Source: an uncultured bacterium
GTDB taxonomy: Bacteria > Actinomycetota > Coriobacteriia > Coriobacteriales > Coriobacteriaceae
NCBI GenBank assembly: GCA_905214615.1
Contig: CAJMMX010000001.1
Location: 9,379 to 73,378 of the forward strand
Direction: 5' to 3'
DNA: 64,000 nucleotides
This document shows positions 32,262-41,548 of this stretch, piece by piece. Below the pieces are notes generated by a model, which saw only the letters and a program-made list of their open reading frames with translations, was not told the origin of the DNA and did not search any database. The translations under genes were made by a program, and so were the position numbers. Position 1 is the stretch's first letter. Every line of letters begins with the position of its first letter.

Positions 32262-34049
32262 TTACTCGCACGAAGCGAGCAGCTTCTCAAGATCACACTC
32301 CAATGCCTCACGCTCCTCAACGTCCATCACTGCAAGGGCGACACGCATCAGGGACACCTCGGCGGCAAGCTCCTTAACCTGGTCGGGGCGTTTGCTAAAG
32401 TGGTCGTAAATCCGCAGGGCCTCCCCGGCCGCCAGGTACTGCCACTTTTCCAACGAAGGCTTTTCGGACCTGCTCATGGCATCGACCCACTCGCCAAGAC
32501 CCTGAAAACCGTTGCCCGTAGTCGTGCCGTTCATAACCACATCGAGCGGGCTCAGCAAGCAATCGGGCGTTTTTTTGTACACCAATTTGGTGAGCGTAAG
32601 CACCTGGGCAAGGTTGCGATACTGTTCCTTGTCGGCATAGAGCACGTCGTTGTAGCAGGCGCAGGCCTTAAGCAGCTCGTGGGCGGCAATGCGCTCCGGC
32701 CCATCAAACGGAACGCCGCGCAACAACACCCCAGCAAGATCGAATGCCTTGCCGCCCTGCACGATCTTGTCGAGCGCCGAGCCGTCCACCAAATCCGCCA
32801 GCCAAGCAAACTCAGGCTGATACGGCTTATGCTCGTCCTCGTCCTCATGCTCCATCCAGTTGCTCACCAGCGCAAGGGCTTCAATCTCTCTCCCGTTCAG
32901 AAAGGGCGAATTCTTCCCCATCTCTTCCCGCAAAAATCCCCGCGGCTCATGAGAGTGCTCGTACGCAACCGCAAGCTCCCCGTCGCTCACGACCAAGGTC
33001 GCACGGGAAATATAGGTATCTTCCCGCATGTCCCTCCAGGCGTACATCATAAGGGGACGCAGCTGACGGAGCATGCCGCGCGCGCCGGCACCTTCCTTAA
33101 CCGCGCGCTTCGCCGCAAGGCGAGCAGCATCTGCCATCAGCTCCATCTTGGCGCCATTTCCCATCATGTTGTTGTACTTGGGCAGGTACTGTTCATACGC
33201 AATCTGGACCAGATCGTCCACGCTCAAGGCGTTAAAGTTAATCACCGAGCCAATGCGCCCGCACAGCTCGGACATAATACCCCAAGTCTCAACATCCTCG
33301 ATGGTCGCACTGTCTCGCAGCTCGTTTGCCGATTTTGCGGCGGTGCGCACGGCGGCATACGAGGATCCGAAGCCGACCGTGGTGCCAGACTTGTCACTCA
33401 GGCGCTTGCGCACCAGAGCATCCAAGCCCATAAAGGCGCCGCCCAAAATGCAAACAACCTGATCGAGGTTGAGCGTCTTAATAGCCGCACTCTTGGAGGT
33501 ATCACATTCAAACGGCATCTCCCCGCCTTCCAAGAGCTTAAGGAACGACTGCGATGGACTAAAGCTCGATGCAACTTCGCCCCCATCGGGCTCGGCACGA
33601 ACCGCCTTGTCAAACTCGTCAAAGAGCACCAAGCAAATTTCGCCGGGATTGGCAGCCTGATAGTCCGCGACCTGCGACAGGCAGTTGCTCATGCTGGCAC
33701 CGCGCCAGCCCTCGCCCGTCATGGTGGAGACATCGAACACGAACAGTTTGAGCCCCGCGGCATCTGCCACGGCCTTGATGGTGTGGGTTTTTCCCGTGCC
33801 GGTGGAACCCATCACCAAAATGGCAGCGGGCGAAAGAACGTCGCGCGGGTCGGCGCCGCGTGCCAACATCACGCAGCGGTTGACCTCAAAGCTCAGCGCC
33901 GTCACAAAGGCCTCCAAGCTTCCTTCGTGGCCAATAACACTCTGACGCGTCTGCTCCACCAGACGCGTAGGCGCAATTCGATTGAGCAAGTCCTGGTAGC
34001 GATCGATGTTTCGATACTGCTTCTGAGTCATGGGCGCCTTCCTTTCCAT
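32262..34049 (-). CDS. ClpX-like AAA+ unfoldase with C-terminal extension
   Basis: VIGHE, GSTGTGKT, GWRG pore loop, LFDEFDK, FLKLLEG, LGGAF.GL, VGFG (IGF-type loop) and GARG; no N-terminal zinc domain. Confidence 0.85.
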   Translation of the reverse strand: MERKAPMTQKQYRNIDRYQDLLNRIAPTRLVEQTRQSVIGHEGSLEAFVTALSFEVNRCVMLARGADPRDVLSPAAILVMGSTGTGKTHTIKAVADAAGLKLFVFDVSTMTGEGWRGASMSNCLSQVADYQAANPGEICLVLFDEFDKAVRAEPDGGEVASSFSPSQSFLKLLEGGEMPFECDTSKSAAIKTLNLDQVVCILGGAFMGLDALVRKRLSDKSGTTVGFGSSYAAVRTAAKSANELRDSATIEDVETWGIMSELCGRIGSVINFNALSVDDLVQIAYEQYLPKYNNMMGNGAKMELMADAARLAAKRAVKEGAGARGMLRQLRPLMMYAWRDMREDTYISRATLVVSDGELAVAYEHSHEPRGFLREEMGKNSPFLNGREIEALALVSNWMEHEDEDEHKPYQPEFAWLADLVDGSALDKIVQGGKAFDLAGVLLRGVPFDGPERIAAHELLKACACYNDVLYADKEQYRNLAQVLTLTKLVYKKTPDCLLSPLDVVMNGTTTGNGFQGLGEWVDAMSRSEKPSLEKWQYLAAGEALRIYDHFSKRPDQVKELAAEVSLMRVALAVMDVEEREALECDLEKLLASCE

Positions 34050-34091
34050 ATTGGTTTTCTTTCCTTCGATGTGGGCCGAGCCCTTAAACCA

Positions 34092-34298
34092 CTACAGTGC
34101 CAGCGATGTCGCCGACTCCAGATAGATCACGTTGCCCGGCTGGGTAAAGACCGGAATGTGGTAGAGCAGCTGCAAAATGCCCTGCTTGAGCAGCGGAAAC
34201 AGTGTGGGATGCAACACTTCGTACATCAGGGCACCAGCCATAAGAGCGGTAAGTACGGCAAGCAGCAGAAGCTTTTGAGCGTTAGAGAATACCGACAT
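34092..34298 (-). CDS. Small membrane protein
   Basis: AAAGGAA RBS; hydrophobic N-terminus MSVFSNAQKLLLLAVL. Confidence 0.5.
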   Translation of the reverse strand: MSVFSNAQKLLLLAVLTALMAGALMYEVLHPTLFPLLKQGILQLLYHIPVFTQPGNVIYLESATSLAL

Positions 34299-34342
34299 GG
34301 TCGTTCCTTTCTTTATGCGAGGTATTTGGATTGCGTTGTGGG

Positions 34343-35080
34343 TTAGCGACTCATAGCGATGGCAATGCCAATAACCGTGATAACCACGGGGATCGCAAGC
34401 GATGCGAACACAATCCCGGCAAAAAGGCCTACCACCACCGCGCACACGACGATGACCAGTGCTGTGGGCACAAGCGCGAGCAGAGGAGTAACCACGCAGG
34501 CAGATGCAAAGCGAAGCCCGTGGAACAAGCACTCATGAGGGAATAAAGCCTTGAGAACTCCTTCGACAATTCGCCACTCGACAATCGTTCCGACTGTTAA
34601 GACAACAGCCCAAAGCAGATAATCATTGGCGCGGGAATCCGAAGCCATCTTTCCGGTAACGCCAGCCCACCAATCAAATGCGGCGGCACAGCCCAGCAAA
34701 CAGACGATCGCGCAGACGACGGATGCAAATGCGCCCGCACCCTCAATTGCACCGAGCAGCTCGCACATGTCGGATTCGCGCTCTCCCGTTAACAGCACAA
34801 TCCATTTGTGGGCAAGCGCCGCAACGACCGCCACGCCCAGCACAACCCAGTACGCCCTAAACGCCACCAGGCGCCACGAATGGAGCGGAATCACCGTGTT
34901 GCCCTCGCCAATCTCGAACATAAAGCCGCCGAGCCACGTCGTCAGCAAGCACATCATGTCGACGGCGACAACGTACAGCACAACCGCAAAGAGGGTTTGC
35001 AGAATCATGCCGAAAATATTCACTGTTGTTGGCTTCTTGAGAGCGTCTGGCTCGATCCTATACGTGTCGTATCCGTTCAT
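34343..35080 (-). CDS. Hypothetical polytopic membrane protein
   Basis: 245 aa with about 5-6 hydrophobic segments. Confidence 0.7.
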   Translation of the reverse strand: MNGYDTYRIEPDALKKPTTVNIFGMILQTLFAVVLYVVAVDMMCLLTTWLGGFMFEIGEGNTVIPLHSWRLVAFRAYWVVLGVAVVAALAHKWIVLLTGERESDMCELLGAIEGAGAFASVVCAIVCLLGCAAAFDWWAGVTGKMASDSRANDYLLWAVVLTVGTIVEWRIVEGVLKALFPHECLFHGLRFASACVVTPLLALVPTALVIVVCAVVVGLFAGIVFASLAIPVVITVIGIAIAMSR

Positions 35081-35349
35081 TAGCTGTCATTTCGTTGCTG
35101 AAACAACTAGTTTGTTTATCCACTGTAGCTTGATACAACTAGGAGATATGCAAATCTCTTAGTGTTAGTATCTAGCGAAATATTACCCAATGCGTACGGC
35201 CTCATACGCACCATTCGATTTTTTTCTTTTTCATTTGAGTGCCCCGTCTGAAAAACGCCGCAACTGCTCTTCTTGTAGACTGAAGGCAATTGAGCCGCGA
35301 CGGGCCAGTCAGCGAACCGCGCAATATAGGGAATATGCAGGAGGTGCGC

Positions 35350-36993
35350 ATGCTCAAAACTAAAGCAGAATTTGCAACTCTTCGCTTAAACGAAGATCTC
35401 AAGCCATATATGAGCCGATATCTATCGGATCTTGTGTCTCATATGGTCGAGAAATATCAGCCTTCGTCGAGAACGAAAAGGCTCATTGAACTGTGCTGTC
35501 GCGATTTTGAGTTTTCGAGCGAGCACGTCGATGGCCCCTCGTGGTCTGTTTTGGGGATTGACCTCAAGCGACCTTCGGCCGCCTCGTTTGAGTTTGAGGA
35601 CCGCGTTTACAACGAAGCAACCGACGAATGGGATTATGTGCCCGCTTGCGTTTGCAAAAACCGAGTCAAAGTCCCGACGTCGACGTTTACTGCCATCGAA
35701 GAGAATATCTTTTTATACGACTACGAGCAGGACGCAGCCTCTCACACGTACGAATCAGCACTCATTTACTGCAGGCCCCCCGAGCTACGACCGCTATCCC
35801 AATTCCCGGCATCTATCGATGCGGCAAATGCGCGAGTCCTGGATTTCCTCAGAACGCGCTCGAAGCAGCTGCAACGCAGCGCAGGCATCCCCGATCTGCT
35901 TTCGGTCACTGAGTGGTACTACATCTTTCTTGCGGCATCCATTGCCTGCTCTCAGTCCCATGCCACGGCCGTCATTCAGATTTCGGACCGTCTGTTCAAT
36001 CTGGCGCGAGCCGTAGATGGACGTCGCCTTCTTTGTGACCTCGGCCTGCTAAAGAGCATTGTGCTTCTTCCCAACACCATTGCCAAAAAGGCCGAGGGTC
36101 GCGCGCTGCTCTTTATTGGCGACGGCGAGCCCAATGATCCGTATTTCCTTTTTGACGGCAGGAGCTTTGACGACAAGCAAATGACCGATGAGATTCTGCA
36201 CCAGCTCCTCGATTCCGTCGACCGAGCCTACGGCGATCAAAAGAATCCAGTCTATTGGCATCGGCTCGAGGATCAGGGCAACGGCATCTATCCCCTATTA
36301 CCCAATACAAAGAGCGGATCGTTCGACGAGAGAATGTTCATCCCCCTTGGGTCGCTAGCGCCAATCTACCGCGGCACCGCCCGCAGCGTTGTAACCAAAC
36401 TGCCCGAATCAGATCCGACAGACAGTTACCAACAGCACGACTGCTACTACCTGTCGCTAAAGCATCTTCATGATGGCGCAATCATTGCCGCAGAAGATGT
36501 ACTTGAGCGTGTCCCCGATACAGATATCTACGATGTAAGCCGTGTAGACTACGAAGATTTTCGGAAGGCCAAACCGATCGACGCCCGCGAGGCGAGCCTT
36601 CTCATATCACGCGTCGGGCCTCCATTCAAGCTTGCCCTCATCACGCCAGGCCACTTTTCTGTCGGTTCTGAGCGCCCCGTGGAGCGCGGTCTTTTGTTTG
36701 AGAGCATTGTCCCCTGCGACGCCATGTTCTGCGCTACCTTTGAGGACGAGCTGCTTGCCCAGTTTGTCCTGGCATACCTGTCGTCCGATGAGGGGCAGAA
36801 GAAACTGGCGGACACCTCGCACGGAGACGCGCTTGTGCAACTTGCCCCAATGGACCTGCGAAGCATGACCGTGCCTGTTCCCGGGCGAGCGGAGCAGGAG
36901 CGCTACGCGCTAGAGTACGAAGCAAAGCAGCGCGCCTACGAGGACGCCCTTAAGCAGGCGGAACATTACGCTGCGAGCAAGGGAACGATGTAG
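35350..36993 (+). CDS. Degenerate HsdM C-terminus/HsdS(TRD)-like fusion protein
   Basis: GGAGG RBS; LLKSIVLLP (HsdM-like), PLGSLAPIYRG, LLISRVG, AYLSS..GQ and LRSMTVPVP..EQ (HsdS-like); no DPxxGxG or NPP(F/Y). Confidence 0.6.
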   Translation: MLKTKAEFATLRLNEDLKPYMSRYLSDLVSHMVEKYQPSSRTKRLIELCCRDFEFSSEHVDGPSWSVLGIDLKRPSAASFEFEDRVYNEATDEWDYVPACVCKNRVKVPTSTFTAIEENIFLYDYEQDAASHTYESALIYCRPPELRPLSQFPASIDAANARVLDFLRTRSKQLQRSAGIPDLLSVTEWYYIFLAASIACSQSHATAVIQISDRLFNLARAVDGRRLLCDLGLLKSIVLLPNTIAKKAEGRALLFIGDGEPNDPYFLFDGRSFDDKQMTDEILHQLLDSVDRAYGDQKNPVYWHRLEDQGNGIYPLLPNTKSGSFDERMFIPLGSLAPIYRGTARSVVTKLPESDPTDSYQQHDCYYLSLKHLHDGAIIAAEDVLERVPDTDIYDVSRVDYEDFRKAKPIDAREASLLISRVGPPFKLALITPGHFSVGSERPVERGLLFESIVPCDAMFCATFEDELLAQFVLAYLSSDEGQKKLADTSHGDALVQLAPMDLRSMTVPVPGRAEQERYALEYEAKQRAYEDALKQAEHYAASKGTM

Positions 36994-37002
36994 CGACCGA
37001 GG

Positions 37003-37040
37003 CCGGCAGACTGTCCGGACTTTTGCCGACAGTCTGCCGA
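37003..37040. terminator. Hairpin between convergent genes
   Basis: CGGCAGACTGTC...GACAGTCTGCCG. Confidence 0.7.
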
Positions 37041-37065
37041 TCAGGCACGCCGTTCAGCGCAGCAG

Positions 37066-37683
37066 CTAGAGATCCTCAACAGACTTCGAACTGGCTTTGG
37101 CCGCCTCTTCGCCCGCGATCAGGTCCCTAACCGTTATATACGCACTGTACGTAGCATCTTCAATCTTTTCCATAACATCAGGGTCGCAAGTTCCCCAAAT
37201 ATCTTTGAGAACTCGAGCCAATCCCCAAGCAGCGCTGAGCAGGACGTCAACGTCCTTTAGATCTAAGTGGCTGACCGTAAAGGGACAGTACTCGCACTCC
37301 AACAGATAGGTGTCAACAGCCTCAATTGTCTCAGCCACATACTGCTCAAGATCGGGATGGGGATGGAAGGCGCACAGCGCCTTGTGCGGATCGGTCGGCT
37401 CAATCCAATACAGCGTTGTCGCTTCCTCGCATTTCTCGAGCGGATAACGCTCAGCTGCCTTCTCCCAGCTTTCATACCAGGGATCGGCATCGCCGTCCGT
37501 CATCGACCTGCAAAGATTAATCGCCGCAGAAACAGTCGCACACGAATATCTATAGCTGGCGTCTTTCTTAAACTCATCATTGAGCTCGACGTCACCAGAC
37601 AGCTCCGCCTCCATGATAAGGAACGGACCATCCTCATCCGTAATGCTTATGGGATAGTTGTTGCACTCATAGCCCGGATACAT
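37066..37683 (-). CDS. Acidic hypothetical protein
   Basis: GGAGA RBS before ATG 37683; 205 aa open frame. Confidence 0.65.
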   Translation of the reverse strand: MYPGYECNNYPISITDEDGPFLIMEAELSGDVELNDEFKKDASYRYSCATVSAAINLCRSMTDGDADPWYESWEKAAERYPLEKCEEATTLYWIEPTDPHKALCAFHPHPDLEQYVAETIEAVDTYLLECEYCPFTVSHLDLKDVDVLLSAAWGLARVLKDIWGTCDPDVMEKIEDATYSAYITVRDLIAGEEAAKASSKSVEDL

Positions 37684-37768
37684 TTTGTCTCCAATCAATC
37701 GTTCGGACACATTAACAAGCAATATCGAAACCGCGCTCACGCGGAGGACCGTCGTCCTCGCACCAACC

Positions 37769-37843
37769 TGCAAGTTTTTCTCATCGCATGAAAAGAACTT
37801 GCGATTCTTGCAAGTTTTTCTCACGCGGTGACAAGAACTTGCA
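37769..37843. repeat. Two tandem 35-bp palindromes, 40-bp period
   Basis: TGCAAGTTTTTCTCA-N5-TGA(A/C)AAGAACTTGC occurs twice. Confidence 0.85.
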
Positions 37844-37854
37844 TGGTCGCCCCG

Positions 37855-38679
37855 CTACCTGCGCCACGAGGCGGCAAGGATAACGGGAAGCCCGGCGATG
37901 CACACCACTAAGGCCACGGCTGCGAACGCAAGCACGATGGCCACGCTCACGACGACATAGGCCACGGTAATGAAGGCCAGCGCCAGCAGGCAGGCAAGCA
38001 GCTCGGCCACGTAGCACAACACCAGGTTCGAGCTCGCGCGCTTCAGCAGAACGTCGGCGAGGCGGACCAGCTCGACGGCAAAGCCGCTGCCGAAATTGCG
38101 TCCGGGGCCCTTGGCAAGGAACCACTTGAACAGGCACATCAGGGCGCAGCCCAGCATCATCATGATGGAAACGGTCCATGCATTGTGCCCCGTCTCGACA
38201 AGGCTCTGGTCGCCCACCGCGCTGCCGTTGACGAGCCAGGCCGTTCCATAGCCCATGAACAGCATCGCCAGCAGCAGGCAGGCGCTCACCGCGGCGAGAG
38301 AGCGCGACACGCGCCCGCTGAACACCGGAGCCTCGCAGCTGAGCCCAAGGCCCTCGCGAACACGCCAGGCGGCATGGTAGGCAGGGTAGGCCGCGATGAG
38401 CGCGGCCACGAGCAGCGACGCCCAATCGGACCCGGGCACAGCCGACGCGTACTCCGCAATCGCGGAGATGGAGAAGGCAGCATGGAACGACTCGTTCAGA
38501 AACAGCGCGACCTCGCCCTTCCAGACGCAAAACGGGGCGGCGACGGAGGCGGTGCCGGCAGCGGCAACCGCAGCAACGGCAACGAGCAGCGCGCCCTGCA
38601 CGAGTTTGACGACCTCGTCTTTGGCGGTGCGGGACGCAGGCTCAACGGCGCTGGACGAAATTTGAATAGAAGTGTTCAT
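37855..38679 (-). CDS. Hypothetical polytopic membrane protein
   Basis: AAAGGAA RBS; 274 aa with multiple hydrophobic segments; higher GC than its flanks. Confidence 0.72.
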   Translation of the reverse strand: MNTSIQISSSAVEPASRTAKDEVVKLVQGALLVAVAAVAAAGTASVAAPFCVWKGEVALFLNESFHAAFSISAIAEYASAVPGSDWASLLVAALIAAYPAYHAAWRVREGLGLSCEAPVFSGRVSRSLAAVSACLLLAMLFMGYGTAWLVNGSAVGDQSLVETGHNAWTVSIMMMLGCALMCLFKWFLAKGPGRNFGSGFAVELVRLADVLLKRASSNLVLCYVAELLACLLALAFITVAYVVVSVAIVLAFAAVALVVCIAGLPVILAASWRR

Positions 38680-38791
38680 GTTTTCCTTTCAACAGAAATC
38701 AAACCGGAATCGCCGGCAACTAGGATGCAGCCTCTAGTCGGCTCCGATTAGAGATTGTTCGCCCACATTGATACCAAGTCGTGCGGACACA

Positions 38792-39118
38792 CTAACAAGC
38801 GATATCGAAACCGCGATCTCGTGGAGAGCTGTCGTCCTCAATCCATTCGAGCCCGACGCACTCATCGATCCCTGCATCGGGAACTGACGACCATCTGAAC
38901 TCGAAACCAAGCTGGTCAAGCTCATCGACTCGCCCACGGATCACTCCGTAAACATCCAACGCATTCTCGAAATCCTCCGAAGACGCGTAGCCTCGCTCGC
39001 ACTGCCTGCGCATCTGATGCAAGCGACCCATGGCGGCGGCGATAATCTCGCGAAGAGCGATAACCTCGCGCTCGCATACATCAATGTTTCCTTCGTTGAG
39101 CTCGATGCGATCGGACAT
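38792..39118 (-). CDS. Small acidic hypothetical protein
   Basis: GGGAGG RBS before ATG 39118 (MSDRIELNE...RGFDIAC). Confidence 0.6.
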   Translation of the reverse strand: MSDRIELNEGNIDVCEREVIALREIIAAAMGRLHQMRRQCERGYASSEDFENALDVYGVIRGRVDELDQLGFEFRWSSVPDAGIDECVGLEWIEDDSSPRDRGFDIAC

Positions 39119-39227
39119 AACGGCCTCCCTGGTTTTAACCCTTTTCGCTTGACTCCATTGAACAACCGCAAACAGCCGCGTAATATGACTTTTATCGCGT
39201 TTTAAATTTTGGCTGTTTGGAGCATCA

Positions 39228-41387
39228 ATGCCTAAGTCCGAAAAAGAGGCATTTAGCTGGGGTTTTGAGGCTGGTTTTCTTCGCTCCCCTGTCAATCCCC
39301 GTATGCTACTTCTTAACAGGACGCCGGAGATTGATTGTGCCGGCGACGGAAACACATCCGGCAATGCAAGCGCATGGAGTCTCGTCTCCATAGCCAACGA
39401 CCTATTGCGCGTCGACTTAAGCTCGCTTTTCAACGAGATTGCGTCCCATTTTCGTGAACGAGCAAACCGTCGCTTTTATATCGACCTGCAGAACGCCATG
39501 CGCCAGCCCCCTGCTGCTCCTCACCCTGCGCAACACACCTCGATGGACTGCGCAGCCGAGCCAGACCATGACGACTGGCTCGATCCAGACGATCCCGACC
39601 AAGAGCCCACCCAAGCAGAATTGAACGAAGCTGAAATCGCTATCAACCTTCAAAAACAAAAGGAACGCGACCTCGATTTCTTTGCTCCGATATTCGACAA
39701 AGCCATTACAAGCCATGCACACGGAGAGATTTCCGGCATGGCCAGATATCTCCTTGAAAATGTCTGTAGACAGTGTGTCATGAACATCACGGCGATTCCC
39801 GACTATCGCTATTACAGCTGCTGGATGAACAACAACGCTATTGAGTGCGACGAGATCAACCGCCTGTACCGCGCAGTGATTACAACATCGGGCCAACTCA
39901 ACAAGCAAGAAATGGCGTCCCTCTTCAGCTCCTATCTGCAGCTCGAGTCGAACGACATGAGCATTAACGCTACCAACGGCGAGACCGATCTAACAGCACC
40001 GGTGCCGTATGACCGCGACAATCCTATACGCAACTTTCCCAAGGCGAAATCTCAGATAGAAACAGCTTGCGTCTGCACCAATATCGATCTCTTTCGAGCG
40101 CTTCTCATTGTTTTTTATCAGGAATGTCTGGAGCTTACCCCGCTGCTTAAAAACACCGAGGCACCTAGCCTGCTCGCGCAAAACGAAGAGTTTTTCCCAG
40201 CCGCCATCAAAACAAGCGACCCGCGACAATTTCGATTATTCGATGAGCAGCTGCCGGCAATCATCCGCTTTGGCGAAGCTTTTGTATACGCAGCCAAAAA
40301 ACACTTGCCCGGAAACGAAACGGCTCAAAAGCTCGAAGAGCATTTGAATGGAATAAAGCGCATGAACAGCGCCCCCTTTATGCAGGCGTTTCGTAAAAAC
40401 TATCTCGAAGCTATGCGCGAGAACCAGATCTTCGCAAATGGAGACTTCCATACGCATGCAGAGCTTAACGACCAGGAAAACCTCAATAGGCTCGTTGGGC
40501 TTCAAGCCGTTATTTCAAAGGCAGGAGAGCTCTACTTCACCGAAGAGGAATGGTCCTTTGCAAGCCTTTATGCCCGCATCCTTCACGAGCTGCTGCTGTG
40601 CGGCATTATGCCGATATCATGCCAAACCTGCGGTTCGCTCTTTTTTCCGACCGGTCCTAACAGCAAGTACTGCGATCGATATAACGCGGCAACCAAGCTC
40701 TACTGCAACCCGCGATATAACGCCAAAAAACATCTTGGTCGCAAATCGCCCCGCGATGTCGCGCTCAATATGCAGAGAAAGACCGAAACGGCATATGAAA
40801 AGGGCCTAACGGATTGTGCCCACTATTTTGAGCGCCTCGGCAGCTTTGTCCTCGATGGTCTTGGCCCAGCATACCAAGCGAACGACCTCATTTCCGATGA
40901 ACTCTATAGGACGTGGCTGTCTATCGTCAACCAGCCCAATTGTAGAGCGAAAATCAAGCGGCCGGATAGGCTCGAGTATCCATACCCCGTGCTGTGGTAC
41001 GGATTTGTCCGCGATGGCAATCGGTATGTACAAGTCGAGTTTCCTGGAGCCGAGTACCCAACGCTTTTTGAATGTTTAAGCCAGCTCGCCGAAAGCCCAC
41101 ACTCAAAGTGCACACTGGATTACAAGGGGCCAGGTGAGCATCCATACAGCTCATGGCATGTAAAACTGCACATGTTGTTGGAGATCATTGTACAGATAAA
41201 TAACGCCGACCACGTGGCGAGGCCCATCCCATTGCTTGGAATCGATGAGCCCGAATATGTCTGGACTGACCCGACCGTCCAAGACACATGGAGCACGCCC
41301 GACGCATGCATCTACAGCACCGGAACGATTGAAGACCTTAGCTTTACCGTGTATACAAAGGGATATGGCCCGGAAAAGCAGAACTGA
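39228..41387 (+). CDS. Large hypothetical protein with zinc-finger motif (DUF6076/CGNR-like)
   Basis: 719 aa; CQTCGSLFFP....KYCDR...YC motif. Confidence 0.65.
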   Translation: MPKSEKEAFSWGFEAGFLRSPVNPRMLLLNRTPEIDCAGDGNTSGNASAWSLVSIANDLLRVDLSSLFNEIASHFRERANRRFYIDLQNAMRQPPAAPHPAQHTSMDCAAEPDHDDWLDPDDPDQEPTQAELNEAEIAINLQKQKERDLDFFAPIFDKAITSHAHGEISGMARYLLENVCRQCVMNITAIPDYRYYSCWMNNNAIECDEINRLYRAVITTSGQLNKQEMASLFSSYLQLESNDMSINATNGETDLTAPVPYDRDNPIRNFPKAKSQIETACVCTNIDLFRALLIVFYQECLELTPLLKNTEAPSLLAQNEEFFPAAIKTSDPRQFRLFDEQLPAIIRFGEAFVYAAKKHLPGNETAQKLEEHLNGIKRMNSAPFMQAFRKNYLEAMRENQIFANGDFHTHAELNDQENLNRLVGLQAVISKAGELYFTEEEWSFASLYARILHELLLCGIMPISCQTCGSLFFPTGPNSKYCDRYNAATKLYCNPRYNAKKHLGRKSPRDVALNMQRKTETAYEKGLTDCAHYFERLGSFVLDGLGPAYQANDLISDELYRTWLSIVNQPNCRAKIKRPDRLEYPYPVLWYGFVRDGNRYVQVEFPGAEYPTLFECLSQLAESPHSKCTLDYKGPGEHPYSSWHVKLHMLLEIIVQINNADHVARPIPLLGIDEPEYVWTDPTVQDTWSTPDACIYSTGTIEDLSFTVYTKGYGPEKQN

Positions 41388-41548
41388 ACCGGTCGACATG
41401 TGCAAGGGCTGCATGCGGAAGCGCCGAAGGGCAGACCGCTAGTAATAAAACAGAACCGATGAGCGCATAGGTCTCATACGCTGGAGCAACAGCAACGGCG
41501 ACTTTCACGGTATTCTGCAGTATCCAAACGGATCAACACCCAAATTAC

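Noticed and set aside
37769..37843. Mini CRISPR array
   Set aside because: Only two units separated by 5 bp, no spacers and no cas genes.
34343..38679. Paralogy between the two island membrane proteins
   Set aside because: Similarity is limited to generally hydrophobic C-termini and is not demonstrable by eye.
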